Positions 17,267 through 26,718 of a stretch of 64,000 nt of DNA are shown here, in pieces. This DNA comes from Planctomycetota bacterium (GTDB lineage: Bacteria > Planctomycetota > UBA8108 > SXIK01): NCBI GenBank assembly GCA_965223845.1, contig CBDCXR010000004.1:2176001-2240000 (forward strand), in the 5' to 3' direction. Under the pieces are notes generated by a model. The model was not told the DNA's origin. It saw only the letters and a program-made list of their open reading frames with translations, and made no database searches. A program made the position numbers and the translations under genes. Within the stretch, counting starts at the first letter, position 1. Every line of letters starts with the position of its first letter.

Positions 17267-19572
17267 TCGGGGGCGCCCGCAGAGACTTGGAATCGCGCAT
17301 CTCGAGCGGCGAAGTACTCGAGGACACGCGCGATGATCGGCGCCGTGACCTCGCCACCGGAACCCGGCGTATCTTCGACGACGAGCGCAAATGCGATCTC
17401 GGCCGGCGGGTCGTGTCGACCCGACTCGGACGCCGGCGCGAACCCGGCGATCCATGCGTTGTGCCTCGCCTCACGCGAGGAGAGCTGCGCCGTTCCGGTC
17501 TTCGCGGCGACGCGAAACACGCCGCGGAGACCGTAGTGCACCTTCGCCGCCGTGCCCCCGGGGCGCTGCGCGGCGTGCCACATGCCGCGGCGGAGCTCCC
17601 TCTTCGTCGCTCGCGAGAGAGCGAGCTCCGCGGGGGGTCCGGTGGGCTCGACGAGAAACGGGCGGGGGAGCGTTTCCTCGTTCGAAGCGATCGCCGCGAC
17701 GCTGCGGGCCACCTGTAGCGTCGTCGCCGTTACGTGTACGTGGCCGATGCTCAAGTGGCAGACGTCGAGCCCGCGAACCCCATCCGGCGCGGTCAGCAGT
17801 CCGCGGCCGCTCCGCCCGGGTAGATCGACGCCGGTGGGCAGCCCGAACCCGAATGCGCTCGCCAGCTCGTGGATGCGCTCGGCGCCGAGCACGTCGAGAC
17901 CGAGAGCGTAGAAGTAGTTGTTGCACGAAACTCCGATCGCTTCGGTGAGCGTGATCCCGCCGTGGCCGTATTGAGCGTTGCAGCGCCAACGAGTGTCGCG
18001 GAACTTTCCGTCGCAGGGGAGAGTCGTTCCCGGCTCGAAGCCGCCCTCGAGCGCCGCGGCACCGAGAACGAGTTTGAACACGGATCCCGGTACCGCCGCG
18101 TGGCGAGTGGGACGATCCATGCGCCATCCGCTGCGAGGGCCCCAGCGCGCATTCATTTCGTCGACGTAGTCGCGATCGCGGATGCGGCCGGGATCGAAGC
18201 TCGGCACACCGACGGCGGCGAGGATCGCGCCGCTCGCAATGTGGAGCACAACCGCGCTCGCTCGCTTCCCGCCGAACTCGCCCGGTCGCTCGACCGCGGC
18301 CACGAGCTCGCGGTGAAGGAGTCTCTGGAGTTCGAGTTCGATCGTCGTCCGGACGTCCAATCCGTCGATCGCATCCACTTCGTCGACGACTTCCCGAAGC
18401 GCGCCGGAACTCCCCACTCGCGCGAGTCGCACTCCGGGCGCACCGCGGAGTGCGCGATCGTAGGACTCTTCGATGCCTCCCTGCCCCGTCCAGCCTTCCC
18501 GAGACCACAGCTCTGGCTGAGCTCGCGCGAAGGCTTCCGGATCCCGGAGCACGCTTCGATCGAGACTCTGCACCGTGACGGCGCCTCGGTCGCGCTCGGG
18601 ATCATAGCGCCGCAAGTAACCGAGCAGAGAGCCCGAAACATCGGCTTCGGGATACACCCGTTGCGTCTCCGACCGGGTGAGGAGCCCCGCGAACGTCTCG
18701 GGGTGATACTCGATCTCCGTCACGACCGCGAGAGAGACGTCACGGGCGAGCAAGATGCGCTCGGCGTGGAGCCGCGACTGCTGGCGAGATCGCCGGCGGC
18801 GCCACGCGGCGAGCTCTTCGCGGTGCCGCCGCGCGCCTCCGACCCCTCCGACGGCCGGCGGGCTTCCGACCGCGCGAGTCGTCCGACGATCGAAGCGCTC
18901 GCGGATTTCCCTCACCCGCGCCCAAAGTTCGGATTCGACGGACTCGGGCTCTCGTCCGTCCTCGACCGCTATCGAGTCGGCGAGGCGACCGAGCACGCGC
19001 TCCGTCGAGAGGATCGTGTTCGGTTCGAAGTAGAGGTCGAAGAGCTCGCCACTCGCGGGCGACGTCCTCGGACAGAAGCGGAGGAGTCGCCGGAAGCGCG
19101 TGCCTGCGTAGTCACGCCAGCGGCGCTCGATCCGCCGCCGAGTCGAGCGGTCGACCGGGCCGAGCAGCCATTCCCAGTCGGCGTTGCCGCCGCAGTTCGC
19201 CGCTGAGCCCTCCACGGCCGGCGCCGGAGCGCCGAGCGCCAGCTCGACGACGCGTGACTCGATCCGCTCGGCGGTGTACTCGCCGCCGAGCTCTTCGGCC
19301 AAGATCTCGACGAGGACGTCGCGAGGGTAGAGATCTCGATAGTTGCAGTCGACGACGAAACGAGGCGCGTTCCCGGCGAGCACCGCGCCACCGGAAGAGA
19401 GGATGCGGCCTCGCCTCGGCGCGGTGAGGACCACGTGGAAATGCTGCGCCTGCTCGACGGCTTCTCGGTGCCGCGAGGGCACGAGCTGAAGCTGCGCGAG
19501 TCGCAAAAGAACGAGCGCGACCGGGAGCGCGAGCAGACCCGCGAGGAGGCGGACGCGAGAGCGCGGATTCAT
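17263..19572 (-). CDS. mrdA: Class B penicillin-binding protein 2
   Basis: N-terminal TM, APRRGRI, RVYP, GQGGIE; catalytic SVFK, SCN, KTG; lies between mreD and rodA. Confidence 0.9.
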   Translation of the reverse strand: MNPRSRVRLLAGLLALPVALVLLRLAQLQLVPSRHREAVEQAQHFHVVLTAPRRGRILSSGGAVLAGNAPRFVVDCNYRDLYPRDVLVEILAEELGGEYTAERIESRVVELALGAPAPAVEGSAANCGGNADWEWLLGPVDRSTRRRIERRWRDYAGTRFRRLLRFCPRTSPASGELFDLYFEPNTILSTERVLGRLADSIAVEDGREPESVESELWARVREIRERFDRRTTRAVGSPPAVGGVGGARRHREELAAWRRRRSRQQSRLHAERILLARDVSLAVVTEIEYHPETFAGLLTRSETQRVYPEADVSGSLLGYLRRYDPERDRGAVTVQSLDRSVLRDPEAFARAQPELWSREGWTGQGGIEESYDRALRGAPGVRLARVGSSGALREVVDEVDAIDGLDVRTTIELELQRLLHRELVAAVERPGEFGGKRASAVVLHIASGAILAAVGVPSFDPGRIRDRDYVDEMNARWGPRSGWRMDRPTRHAAVPGSVFKLVLGAAALEGGFEPGTTLPCDGKFRDTRWRCNAQYGHGGITLTEAIGVSCNNYFYALGLDVLGAERIHELASAFGFGLPTGVDLPGRSGRGLLTAPDGVRGLDVCHLSIGHVHVTATTLQVARSVAAIASNEETLPRPFLVEPTGPPAELALSRATKRELRRGMWHAAQRPGGTAAKVHYGLRGVFRVAAKTGTAQLSSREARHNAWIAGFAPASESGRHDPPAEIAFALVVEDTPGSGGEVTAPIIARVLEYFAARDARFQVSAGAPE

Positions 19573-19618
19573 GGCGCGGCCTCCGTTCGGCGCGAGGCTA
19601 GCCAGCAGCGCCGCTCGG

Positions 19619-20197
19619 TCATTCGAAGGCTCCCCGCAGCGGCGCGCGATGCCGCGAAAACTCGGACGAATTCGTGATCGCCGCGAACACGCCTCCGAAG
19701 GGGCTCGCGGCCTCGCGCGCTACGGCGGCGACGAGACCGCAGTACGCGCAGCTCGCCGCGCCGGCCGCCCAACCCGGGAGCGCGCCTCCTCCCTCGGCGA
19801 CGTAGCGGACGGCGAAGACGATCGCTTGAGCGGCGCTGCCGGTGAGCGCGAGACTCGCGAATCGCCACGTCCCCCCGTCGAGAACGCCGTGCGCGCGAGC
19901 GCGCAGCAGGGCCCAGGCGCCGAGGAGGTACGCGAGCGCGTGGGCGCCGACGGGGTCGAGAGAGAGAGCGTCGAAGGTCCCGCCCGCGATCGCTGCGGCA
20001 GTGACCGCGATCGCCGGCGCGGCGAACGTCGCGAGAACGAGCACCGCTGCGAGCACGAAGTCGGGCGCGACCGCGGTCGCGGCGCCCGGCGAGCCCATCG
20101 GAACGTGGACTTCATAAAAGGGAAGAAGCCCGAGCTGAAAGACGAAGCCGAAGGCGACGACAGCAAACGCGACGGCCGAGCTGCGCATCCGGTTCAT
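19619..20197 (-). CDS. mreD: Rod shape-determining protein MreD
   Basis: Hydrophobic, PDFVL..GGTFDAL..G.HAL motif, syntenic between mreC and pbp2; start 20197 or 20188. Confidence 0.75.
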   Translation of the reverse strand: MNRMRSSAVAFAVVAFGFVFQLGLLPFYEVHVPMGSPGAATAVAPDFVLAAVLVLATFAAPAIAVTAAAIAGGTFDALSLDPVGAHALAYLLGAWALLRARAHGVLDGGTWRFASLALTGSAAQAIVFAVRYVAEGGGALPGWAAGAASCAYCGLVAAVAREAASPFGGVFAAITNSSEFSRHRAPLRGAFE

Positions 20198-20345
20198 CCG
20201 CGACGCCCTCCGATCGAACTCCGTCGGACGAGTCGAGAACCGCATGCGCGCCCGGAGGGATCGTCAAGAATTCGCGCGGAAGAGCTCGGCCCGGTGACGC
20301 GCGAGCGGCTCAGTTTCGTTCGAGACGATATTTCGGCTACCCGAG

Positions 20346-21149
20346 TCATCGTGTTCCCGCCCGTCCGATGGATGCCTCCGAGTACGAGCTAGCCATCAAG
20401 TCGGGAGTGAGGACCACCCGACGGAGCGCAGCGAGGTGCGCGTCTGCGCGCACGAGCGGATGCCGCCCCGCGCGCGTCGCGAGCTCGGCGTCTCGGTCGT
20501 CGACGATGGTTCCGATGGGAACGCCGTGGGGGTAGATTCCGCTCCGTCCGTCAACCACGAGGCGTGTTCCCGCCGGGGGTTCGTCGGGTCCCTCGAGGTA
20601 CCGGATCTCGAGAAGCGCGGCTCCCGTCGCGTCGACGAGCCCGGTTCCGGCGAGCAGCCCGGCGCAGCCTTCGCCCGTGAATCGCACACGGAATCCGGGG
20701 TCCGAGAGGAGCTGGATCTGCGCGATCGTGTAGCGCTCCTCCCCGATCGGAGCGTCGAGAAAAGCCGGCGGGAATACGTCGACCACCCGACCGACCAAGG
20801 CGCCATCCGGGGCGAGCGCGGCGACGTCCGAGCCGACGGGACCGCTCGACCGGACTCCGGCGAGGAGCGAACTTCGTCGTGGTGACGGATCGCGCGCGAG
20901 CAGGACGTCAGCTAGGAGCCGCGCATGGCGTTCGTCTCCCGCGCGGGTGCGGAGTGCTTCGAGGTCGGCGTGCGCGGCTTCGAGTCGCGCTGCGAGCTCG
21001 GCCGCGTTCGGCGGCAGAGCTGCGTCCCGGTCGGGCGCGGACGAAACGTGCGGTAGCGCGAGTCGCACCACGCCGAGGAGAGCCGGCGCAGCGAGGAGCG
21101 CGGCCCAGACGATGTGCACGACTCGCGCAGAGCCGGTCGGTCGGCGCAT
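20346..21149 (-). CDS. mreC: Rod shape-determining protein MreC
   Basis: TM, short coiled coil, then beta domain (GALVGRV, QLLSD, SGIYPHGVPIG); directly after mreB. Confidence 0.8.
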   Translation of the reverse strand: MRRPTGSARVVHIVWAALLAAPALLGVVRLALPHVSSAPDRDAALPPNAAELAARLEAAHADLEALRTRAGDERHARLLADVLLARDPSPRRSSLLAGVRSSGPVGSDVAALAPDGALVGRVVDVFPPAFLDAPIGEERYTIAQIQLLSDPGFRVRFTGEGCAGLLAGTGLVDATGAALLEIRYLEGPDEPPAGTRLVVDGRSGIYPHGVPIGTIVDDRDAELATRAGRHPLVRADAHLAALRRVVLTPDLMASSYSEASIGRAGTR

Positions 21150-21352
21150 TCCTCAGTTCCTCTCTTCCCTCCACTCGAGCGCCCTTTGTCCGCGGGGCGC
21201 GGAGCCCCCGCAGCGAGCGGGCGACACGCCGGACGCGCACGCGCGAACGAGACGCGCCCGACTAGCGGAGACGTTACCCGAGAGAGCCGCCGCATGCCAG
21301 GTTCTCGCCGGCGCGAGCCCCCTGCGCGAGTGCGGGCGTTCGGCCCCCGAGC

Positions 21353-22405
21353 TCAGACTTCGTCCCGCTCTCCTTCGAGCACGTCGACGAACGAATCGAG
21401 CGCCTCGAGGAATACTCCCGTCCCTCGCGCCACGGTCGTGAGCGGATCCGCGGTCACGCGGACCGGAAGACCCGTCTGCGCCTCGAGGAGGGCATCGAGC
21501 CCCGAGAGGAGCGCCCCGCCGCCGCAAAGATGGATCCCCGTTTCGACGAGATCGCCGGAGAGCTCGGGACCGGTGCGCTGGATCGCGGCTTCGACCGCCT
21601 CGACGATCTGACGGACCGGCTCGGCGATCGCCTCACGAATGTCGCCCGCGCTGACCGTCACCGCGCGCGGCCGTCCGGCGAGCAGATCGCGACCCCGAAT
21701 CACGTCGAATTCGTCATCGCTCCCTGGGTACGCGGCACCGAGGCGCATCTTGAGCGTCTCAGCGGCGTTCGGGCCGATGAGAATGTTGTAGTTGTGCTTT
21801 AGGTACTTCACGATCGCCTCGTCCATCGCGTCGCCCGCGACGGGGAGGTGTTCGGAGATCACGACGTCCGCGAGAGAGAGGATCGACACGTCGGTCGTTC
21901 CCCCGCCGATGTCGACGATCATGTGCGCGCGAGCCTCGTGGATCGGTATCCCGGCGCCGAGCCCCGCTGCGCGCGGCTCCTCGAGCAGGTAGACCCGGCT
22001 CGCGCCCGCTCGAGCCGCGGCATCGAAGAGCGCACGTTTCTCGACCGTGGTCAAGCCGAGGGGCACCGCCATCACGACCCGCGGACTCACCCAGCGACGG
22101 CGCTGAAACACGCGCCGAAGGAAGTTCGCGAGCATCGCCTCGGTCATCTCGAAATCGGCGATCACGCCCGCTCGCACCGGCCGAATCGCATCGATGCTCA
22201 TCGGCGTGCGCCCGAGCATCTCCTTAGCCGTCCGCCCGACCGCGTCACCGCCGAGCAGGACTTCCTGCGTCCCTTTCTTCACCGCGACGACGGTCGGTTC
22301 GTCGAGGACGATCCCCTCGCCCTGAACGCAAACGAGGGTGTTCGCGGTCCCGAGGTCGATCCCGACATCGGGGGAGAAGTAGCGGAAGATCCTCGAGAAG
22401 ACCAT
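21353..22405 (-). CDS. mreB: Actin-like rod shape-determining protein MreB
   Basis: GIDLGTANT, EPTVVA, GVIADF, DIGGGTT, GGGALL; start MVFSR at 22405. Confidence 0.96.
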   Translation of the reverse strand: MVFSRIFRYFSPDVGIDLGTANTLVCVQGEGIVLDEPTVVAVKKGTQEVLLGGDAVGRTAKEMLGRTPMSIDAIRPVRAGVIADFEMTEAMLANFLRRVFQRRRWVSPRVVMAVPLGLTTVEKRALFDAAARAGASRVYLLEEPRAAGLGAGIPIHEARAHMIVDIGGGTTDVSILSLADVVISEHLPVAGDAMDEAIVKYLKHNYNILIGPNAAETLKMRLGAAYPGSDDEFDVIRGRDLLAGRPRAVTVSAGDIREAIAEPVRQIVEAVEAAIQRTGPELSGDLVETGIHLCGGGALLSGLDALLEAQTGLPVRVTADPLTTVARGTGVFLEALDSFVDVLEGERDEV

Positions 22406-22672
22406 GAGCGGCGGCTTCAAAAAAGTGCGTCGAAGCCCGAGATCCACGCGGGTCGGTCCGAGTTCCGGTGCCCGAACGGGCCGAGCATCGCGTGTGGCGT
22501 CCGAGCTCCTCTGTGGCGACGCCGGGCAACCGACCGCCGTTTCTCTTCGCCTCGCGCCGGATCACTCGCGGCCGCAGCATAGTCCGAGGGCGCGGCGATG
22601 TAAACGGCGCGTCCGACGCGGCGACGAGATGCCGCCCGCGGCAGGGAAGATCATCCAGGCCCCGCCCCGAAC

Positions 22673-22715
22673 AAAAAAACACCGGGGCTCGAGAGGATCG
22701 ACTCGAGCCCCGGTG
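22673..22715 (-). terminator. Rho-independent terminator after the acidic-tail protein
   Basis: CACCGGGGCTCGAG/CTCGAGCCCCGGTG 14 bp stem followed by a T run on the minus strand. Confidence 0.8.
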
Positions 22716-22744
22716 CGCTTGGTCTTTCGATCGACGACTAAGTC

Positions 22745-23173
22745 TCAGATGTCGTCGTCATCGTCGTCGTCGCCGAGATCATCGTCGTCATCGTCGCCGA
22801 GATCGTCGTCGTCATCATCGTCGTCGTCGCCGAGATCATCGTCATCATCGTCGTCGTCATCGTCGCCGCCGAGATCGTCGTCGTCGTCGTCCGACGCCGC
22901 GGGATCTTCAAGCCCGGCGCCCGGGCTCCCGCTCAGAATCTGTTCGACGTCCGCCTTGAACGCGCGGAGGTCTCTCTGAACGATCGCCGAGGCCGGATCC
23001 TGCTCCGCCGCCTGCGCAGGCGAGAGCCCGGCGCGGTACTCCACCAGCTCCGCCACGCAGAATGCGATCGCGCCGAGAAGCGCAACGCAGCTCACGATCA
23101 GGCTCGCAGTGGCGAGAGGGCTCGCCTCTTTCTTCTCGATGATCTCTTCGGTCGGTCGGTTCGTTTTGGCCAT
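22745..23173 (-). CDS. Single-pass membrane protein with poly-Asp (DnLG repeat) C-terminal tail
   Basis: One TM (LIVSCVALLGAIAFCVA); tail DDDDDDLGGD10LGD9LGD6LGD7I; followed by a terminator. Confidence 0.75.
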   Translation of the reverse strand: MAKTNRPTEEIIEKKEASPLATASLIVSCVALLGAIAFCVAELVEYRAGLSPAQAAEQDPASAIVQRDLRAFKADVEQILSGSPGAGLEDPAASDDDDDDLGGDDDDDDDDDDLGDDDDDDDDDLGDDDDDDLGDDDDDDDI

Positions 23174-23232
23174 GGTCGATCACCTGGGTGGGAAGGTCTC
23201 GTCGTCTCCGTGCACTTCGCTCGGCGTCGACC

Positions 23233-24081
23233 TTAGTTGATCCGCGTCGAGGCCTGGTCGCCCCGGGCAACCTCCTCGCCGGGCTTCGTGTAGAGGACGC
23301 GCGCGCCGCTCAAACCCGGATACACCCGGAACACTTCGACCTTGCCGACGAACGAGTCACCGCGGTAGACGGTGAAGCTGTGCCCTTCCTCGACGTTGTC
23401 GTCACGCCCCACGGACAGCACAACGAGGTCTTCTTCGGTGTCCACATCGACGATCTGACCCTCGATGAGCGGAACCGCTTCGGGCGCACCGCCAGGGCAG
23501 CGGTCGCGGAGAGCGTTGTACTTGAGGCTGAGCTCTTCGTGATCCTCGTTGAGCTCGTTCATCGCGACGCGGAGAGCGTGGAGTTCCTGCTGCGACTTCT
23601 CGAGGTCGAGCCGAATGCTGTTCGCCGCACTGTTTGCCGACTCGGCACTCGTGAGCGCTTCATCGCGGCTCGTGTTCGCCGCCTGAAGCTGACCGAGGAG
23701 ATCGGAATTGCGCGCTTCCTTCGACTCGAGGAGCTTCGAAGTCTGCGCAACCGCCTCCTGCGCGCTCTGCACCTGCTGCTGCGCACCCTGGAGACGCTTC
23801 TCCTTGTCCGAGTTCTCTTCGCGCAGATTCTTGTTCGTCAGTCCGGTGTTCTCGAGCTCGCTCTTCAGCCGGCTCACGTTCTGCTCGAGACGCGAGTTCT
23901 CGCCAACGACACTGTTATTCTTCTCCTGCAGCTGCGCGAGCTCGGCCCGCGCCTGCGATCGGAAGTCCTCGTGAGCGAGGCGCCAATTCTGGCGCGCGAG
24001 GTAAAGCGTCGCCGACGCGCCGAAGAAAAACACGGTGAGCACGAGGTTGAAGACGACGAAGAACTTGGCAAGCGCACTCAT
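23233..24081 (-). CDS. Membrane-anchored coiled-coil protein with C-terminal small beta-barrel domain
   Basis: GGAGG RBS, N-terminal TM, ~170 aa heptad-rich helix, then GQIVDVD..LSVGRDDNV..FTVYRG..VGKVEV. Confidence 0.8.
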   Translation of the reverse strand: MSALAKFFVVFNLVLTVFFFGASATLYLARQNWRLAHEDFRSQARAELAQLQEKNNSVVGENSRLEQNVSRLKSELENTGLTNKNLREENSDKEKRLQGAQQQVQSAQEAVAQTSKLLESKEARNSDLLGQLQAANTSRDEALTSAESANSAANSIRLDLEKSQQELHALRVAMNELNEDHEELSLKYNALRDRCPGGAPEAVPLIEGQIVDVDTEEDLVVLSVGRDDNVEEGHSFTVYRGDSFVGKVEVFRVYPGLSGARVLYTKPGEEVARGDQASTRIN

Positions 24082-24596
24082 GATACGTTGATCCTCCCTG
24101 AGGCGGGACGTCCGCCCGTTGCGTTCATTTCTTCTCTGAGAGTTCGCGTGTCGAGTCCGGCGCGAGCGAAAGACGCCGACACGCAGAAAGTGTCAGACTG
24201 GATTTGCAGCCGATGAGAATTCAGGGGCAAGCAGAAAACGAAGATATCAGGTGGGGGGCTTCGGCAGCTCGAGGCACGGAAGGGGAGCCGTTACGGCCCG
24301 GAAGAATCGCCCGAACTCGCGAAGTAGATTGCGAAGAGACTCGGCGGAACTCGCAGCGGTCGCAAAACGCGAATCGCGCGGCGACGGTACGCTCTCGCGA
24401 GCCCAAGACCCAATCGCCCGCCGCGGCGCTGAACCGGCGTCGAAGACCCGCGCCTCGAACCCGAGCCAAATGAACTCAACTCGAGTCGCCAGCACCTTTT
24501 GGCAGACTTAGCCAGTTTTACGGAACCAGGCCTCAAAAAGCAACCCTCAAAAGAGTCCACGACGCACCTCCACGGTGCGCACCTGAGGCCGCTCGT

Positions 24597-25868
24597 TCAT
24601 GCCTTGTTTGGGCGATGGGACGTGAGATCGCGTCCGACCCAGATCGCCCGCGAGAATTCAGCGCCGGTCGGGGGCGTGAGGATCCAGCCCGACTCCCCGA
24701 CCGTCGGGCGATTCCAATCGGATTCCGCGATGTCGATCGCGACCGGGCCCCGATCCTCGATTCGTCCCGGCGCGATCGCCCAGCTCGCCCCCGCTGGACT
24801 GGATTCGTCCCCGGTCGCGTGGGCGGCTTCGCCCGAACGAACGCGCTTCGACCAGTCCCAGGCGCGCGACTCGACCCCACGGCGCGCCGCGAGCGCCGGG
24901 ACGACGAGGCAGTCGAAGAGCGCACTCGCGGCCAGAGGGAGGCCGGGTAGGCAGAGGACGTCGAGCCCGCGCGTCTTCGCGTAGACGAACCCCAAGCGAC
25001 GAACGACGTCGACCCCGGAAAAGTAGATCCGCGCGCCTAACCGGCGCAGCGACTCGACGACGCGGTCCTCGACTCCCGTTCCGACGCCTCCCGAGAGTAC
25101 GACCGAGTCGACGCCCCGCCGCGAGCAAGCGAGAAGCACTTCGCCCAGCCGGGCGGGTGAATCGGAAACGATTCCGAGCGGCACGACGGACTCCCCGCCG
25201 GCGGCGAGCGCGTCGCCGAGCCAGTACCCGGTGACGTCGCCGCGGACGGAGCTCGACGCCGCGGCGAGGTCGGTCAACTCGTCACCGACGCTCCCGAACG
25301 CTACCCTTCCCGCCCGCCGGACGGCGACCTCGGCGACCGGGGTCGCGACGAGCAGCGCGCGGAGGCGCGGCGTGACTGGAGCCCCTTCGGGCCACTCGAG
25401 GGCGTCGCCGGACTCGCCGCCTGCGGCGCGGATGCCGAATCCGGGCGGAGGGACGGACTGAAGCCGGACGCGCGCGAGACCCGAGAGTTCGGCCGACTCG
25501 ACCGGCACGATCCGGTCGGAGTCGAGGGGAACTCGCGCCCCCGTTTCGACGCGCCACACGCCGGACGGCGAGGGTGAACGAGCGTTCTCGTCGAGGTCTT
25601 CCCCGTCCGGCCCAAGGCGCGCGCCCGCGGCGGTGATGACGCCGAGGAGCGGTCGCTCGTCGCCGGAAGTCGCCTCCGGGCCGACGGAGTATCCGTTGAG
25701 CGCCGCGTACGCCGATGGCGCCGCCCGACGTGGGATCACCACCGCGCGAGCGAGGTGTGCGCCGGCAGCATCCGCCGGCGCACAAGACTCAACGGGCCGG
25801 CGACTTATCGCATCGGCGAGCGCCGCGAGCGCACGCGGAGGATCGAGAGTTCGCGCGGTGATCGTCAT
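24597..25868 (-). CDS. moeA: Divergent molybdopterin molybdenumtransferase MoeA-like protein
   Basis: Altered MoeA motifs AALNGY, VETGA.VP..DRIVPVE, SVGDEL, LSGGVG.G.ED, LPGLP. Confidence 0.7.
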   Translation of the reverse strand: MTITARTLDPPRALAALADAISRRPVESCAPADAAGAHLARAVVIPRRAAPSAYAALNGYSVGPEATSGDERPLLGVITAAGARLGPDGEDLDENARSPSPSGVWRVETGARVPLDSDRIVPVESAELSGLARVRLQSVPPPGFGIRAAGGESGDALEWPEGAPVTPRLRALLVATPVAEVAVRRAGRVAFGSVGDELTDLAAASSSVRGDVTGYWLGDALAAGGESVVPLGIVSDSPARLGEVLLACSRRGVDSVVLSGGVGTGVEDRVVESLRRLGARIYFSGVDVVRRLGFVYAKTRGLDVLCLPGLPLAASALFDCLVVPALAARRGVESRAWDWSKRVRSGEAAHATGDESSPAGASWAIAPGRIEDRGPVAIDIAESDWNRPTVGESGWILTPPTGAEFSRAIWVGRDLTSHRPNKA

Positions 25869-25928
25869 GAGTTCGTGGTCGCTCGAAGAATCGACGGCCG
25901 GCGTGGGGAATCGGACACGCTGCCGAGC

Positions 25929-25958
25929 TTGACACTCTCCCGCTCGATCCCGTACGGT
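25929..25958 (+). promoter_or_regulatory. Possible sigma70 promoter for CBS-ribE
   Basis: Perfect TTGACA, 18 nt spacer, weak -10 TACGGT. Confidence 0.35.
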
Positions 25959-26209
25959 GCAAGAGGTCCATTTTCGAACGCATCTCGGCGGAATCTGGGT
26001 CGGAGTCTGCGGCTGAGCGGCCCCCCGACCCGGCTGAAACACGCGGATGCGGCCGACCAACGGTCGAGGCAGGCTTCGAAACGATCCTCTCGAACACCTA
26101 CTCTTGAGGCTTCGCTCCGGTTCCCCGGCCCCGATCCGGTCAAATCGCTCGCGACGGGTTCGTCCGGGCGTTCGCGGGGTGGTTGTTTCGGAGAGGGAGG
26201 AGGTCAGTG

Positions 26210-26686
26210 ATGGAGCTCAGGATTCCGACCGTCCGCGATTACATGGACACGAACTTCGTGCGCCTGCGCCCGGAGCAGGATGTCTACGATGCGATCGACC
26301 TCTTTCTGAGGCGGCGCATCACCGGGGCGGCCGTCGTCGACGAGGACGGTAGCGTCGTCGGCATTCTATCCGAAAAAGACGTCCTCTCGACGCTGGTCGA
26401 AGGCGCGTTCAACGCCGTCCCGGCCGGGACCGTGCGCGAGTACATGTCCGAAGTCGTCATGACGGTGCCTCCGGACATGGACGTGATCAATGTCGCGCTC
26501 ACGTTCCTCAAGCAGGTGTTTCGGCGCCTTCTCGTCGTGGAGGATGGACGGCTCGTCGGCCAGATCACGCGCCGGGATCTCCTGCGAGCCGTGCGGCACG
26601 TGGTGAAGCGGAAGGATCAGCTCCCACCGATCCTCGAAGCGAAGCCGGAGCCGGGACTCCGGGTGTCCGCTCTCGACCGAAGCTGA
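26210..26686 (+). CDS. CBS-pair domain protein
   Basis: VRDYM..GAAVVD..VGILSEKD and VREYM..LVGQITRRDLL; GGAGG RBS. Confidence 0.9.
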   Translation: MELRIPTVRDYMDTNFVRLRPEQDVYDAIDLFLRRRITGAAVVDEDGSVVGILSEKDVLSTLVEGAFNAVPAGTVREYMSEVVMTVPPDMDVINVALTFLKQVFRRLLVVEDGRLVGQITRRDLLRAVRHVVKRKDQLPPILEAKPEPGLRVSALDRS

Positions 26687-26718
26687 CGCCGCCCGGAGGG
26701 GAGGGAGCCGAGCGCGCG

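Noticed and set aside
22748-22892. GACGAC/GATGAC tandem repeats as CRISPR or VNTR
   Set aside because: In-frame poly-Asp codons; no repeat-spacer pattern and no cas genes.
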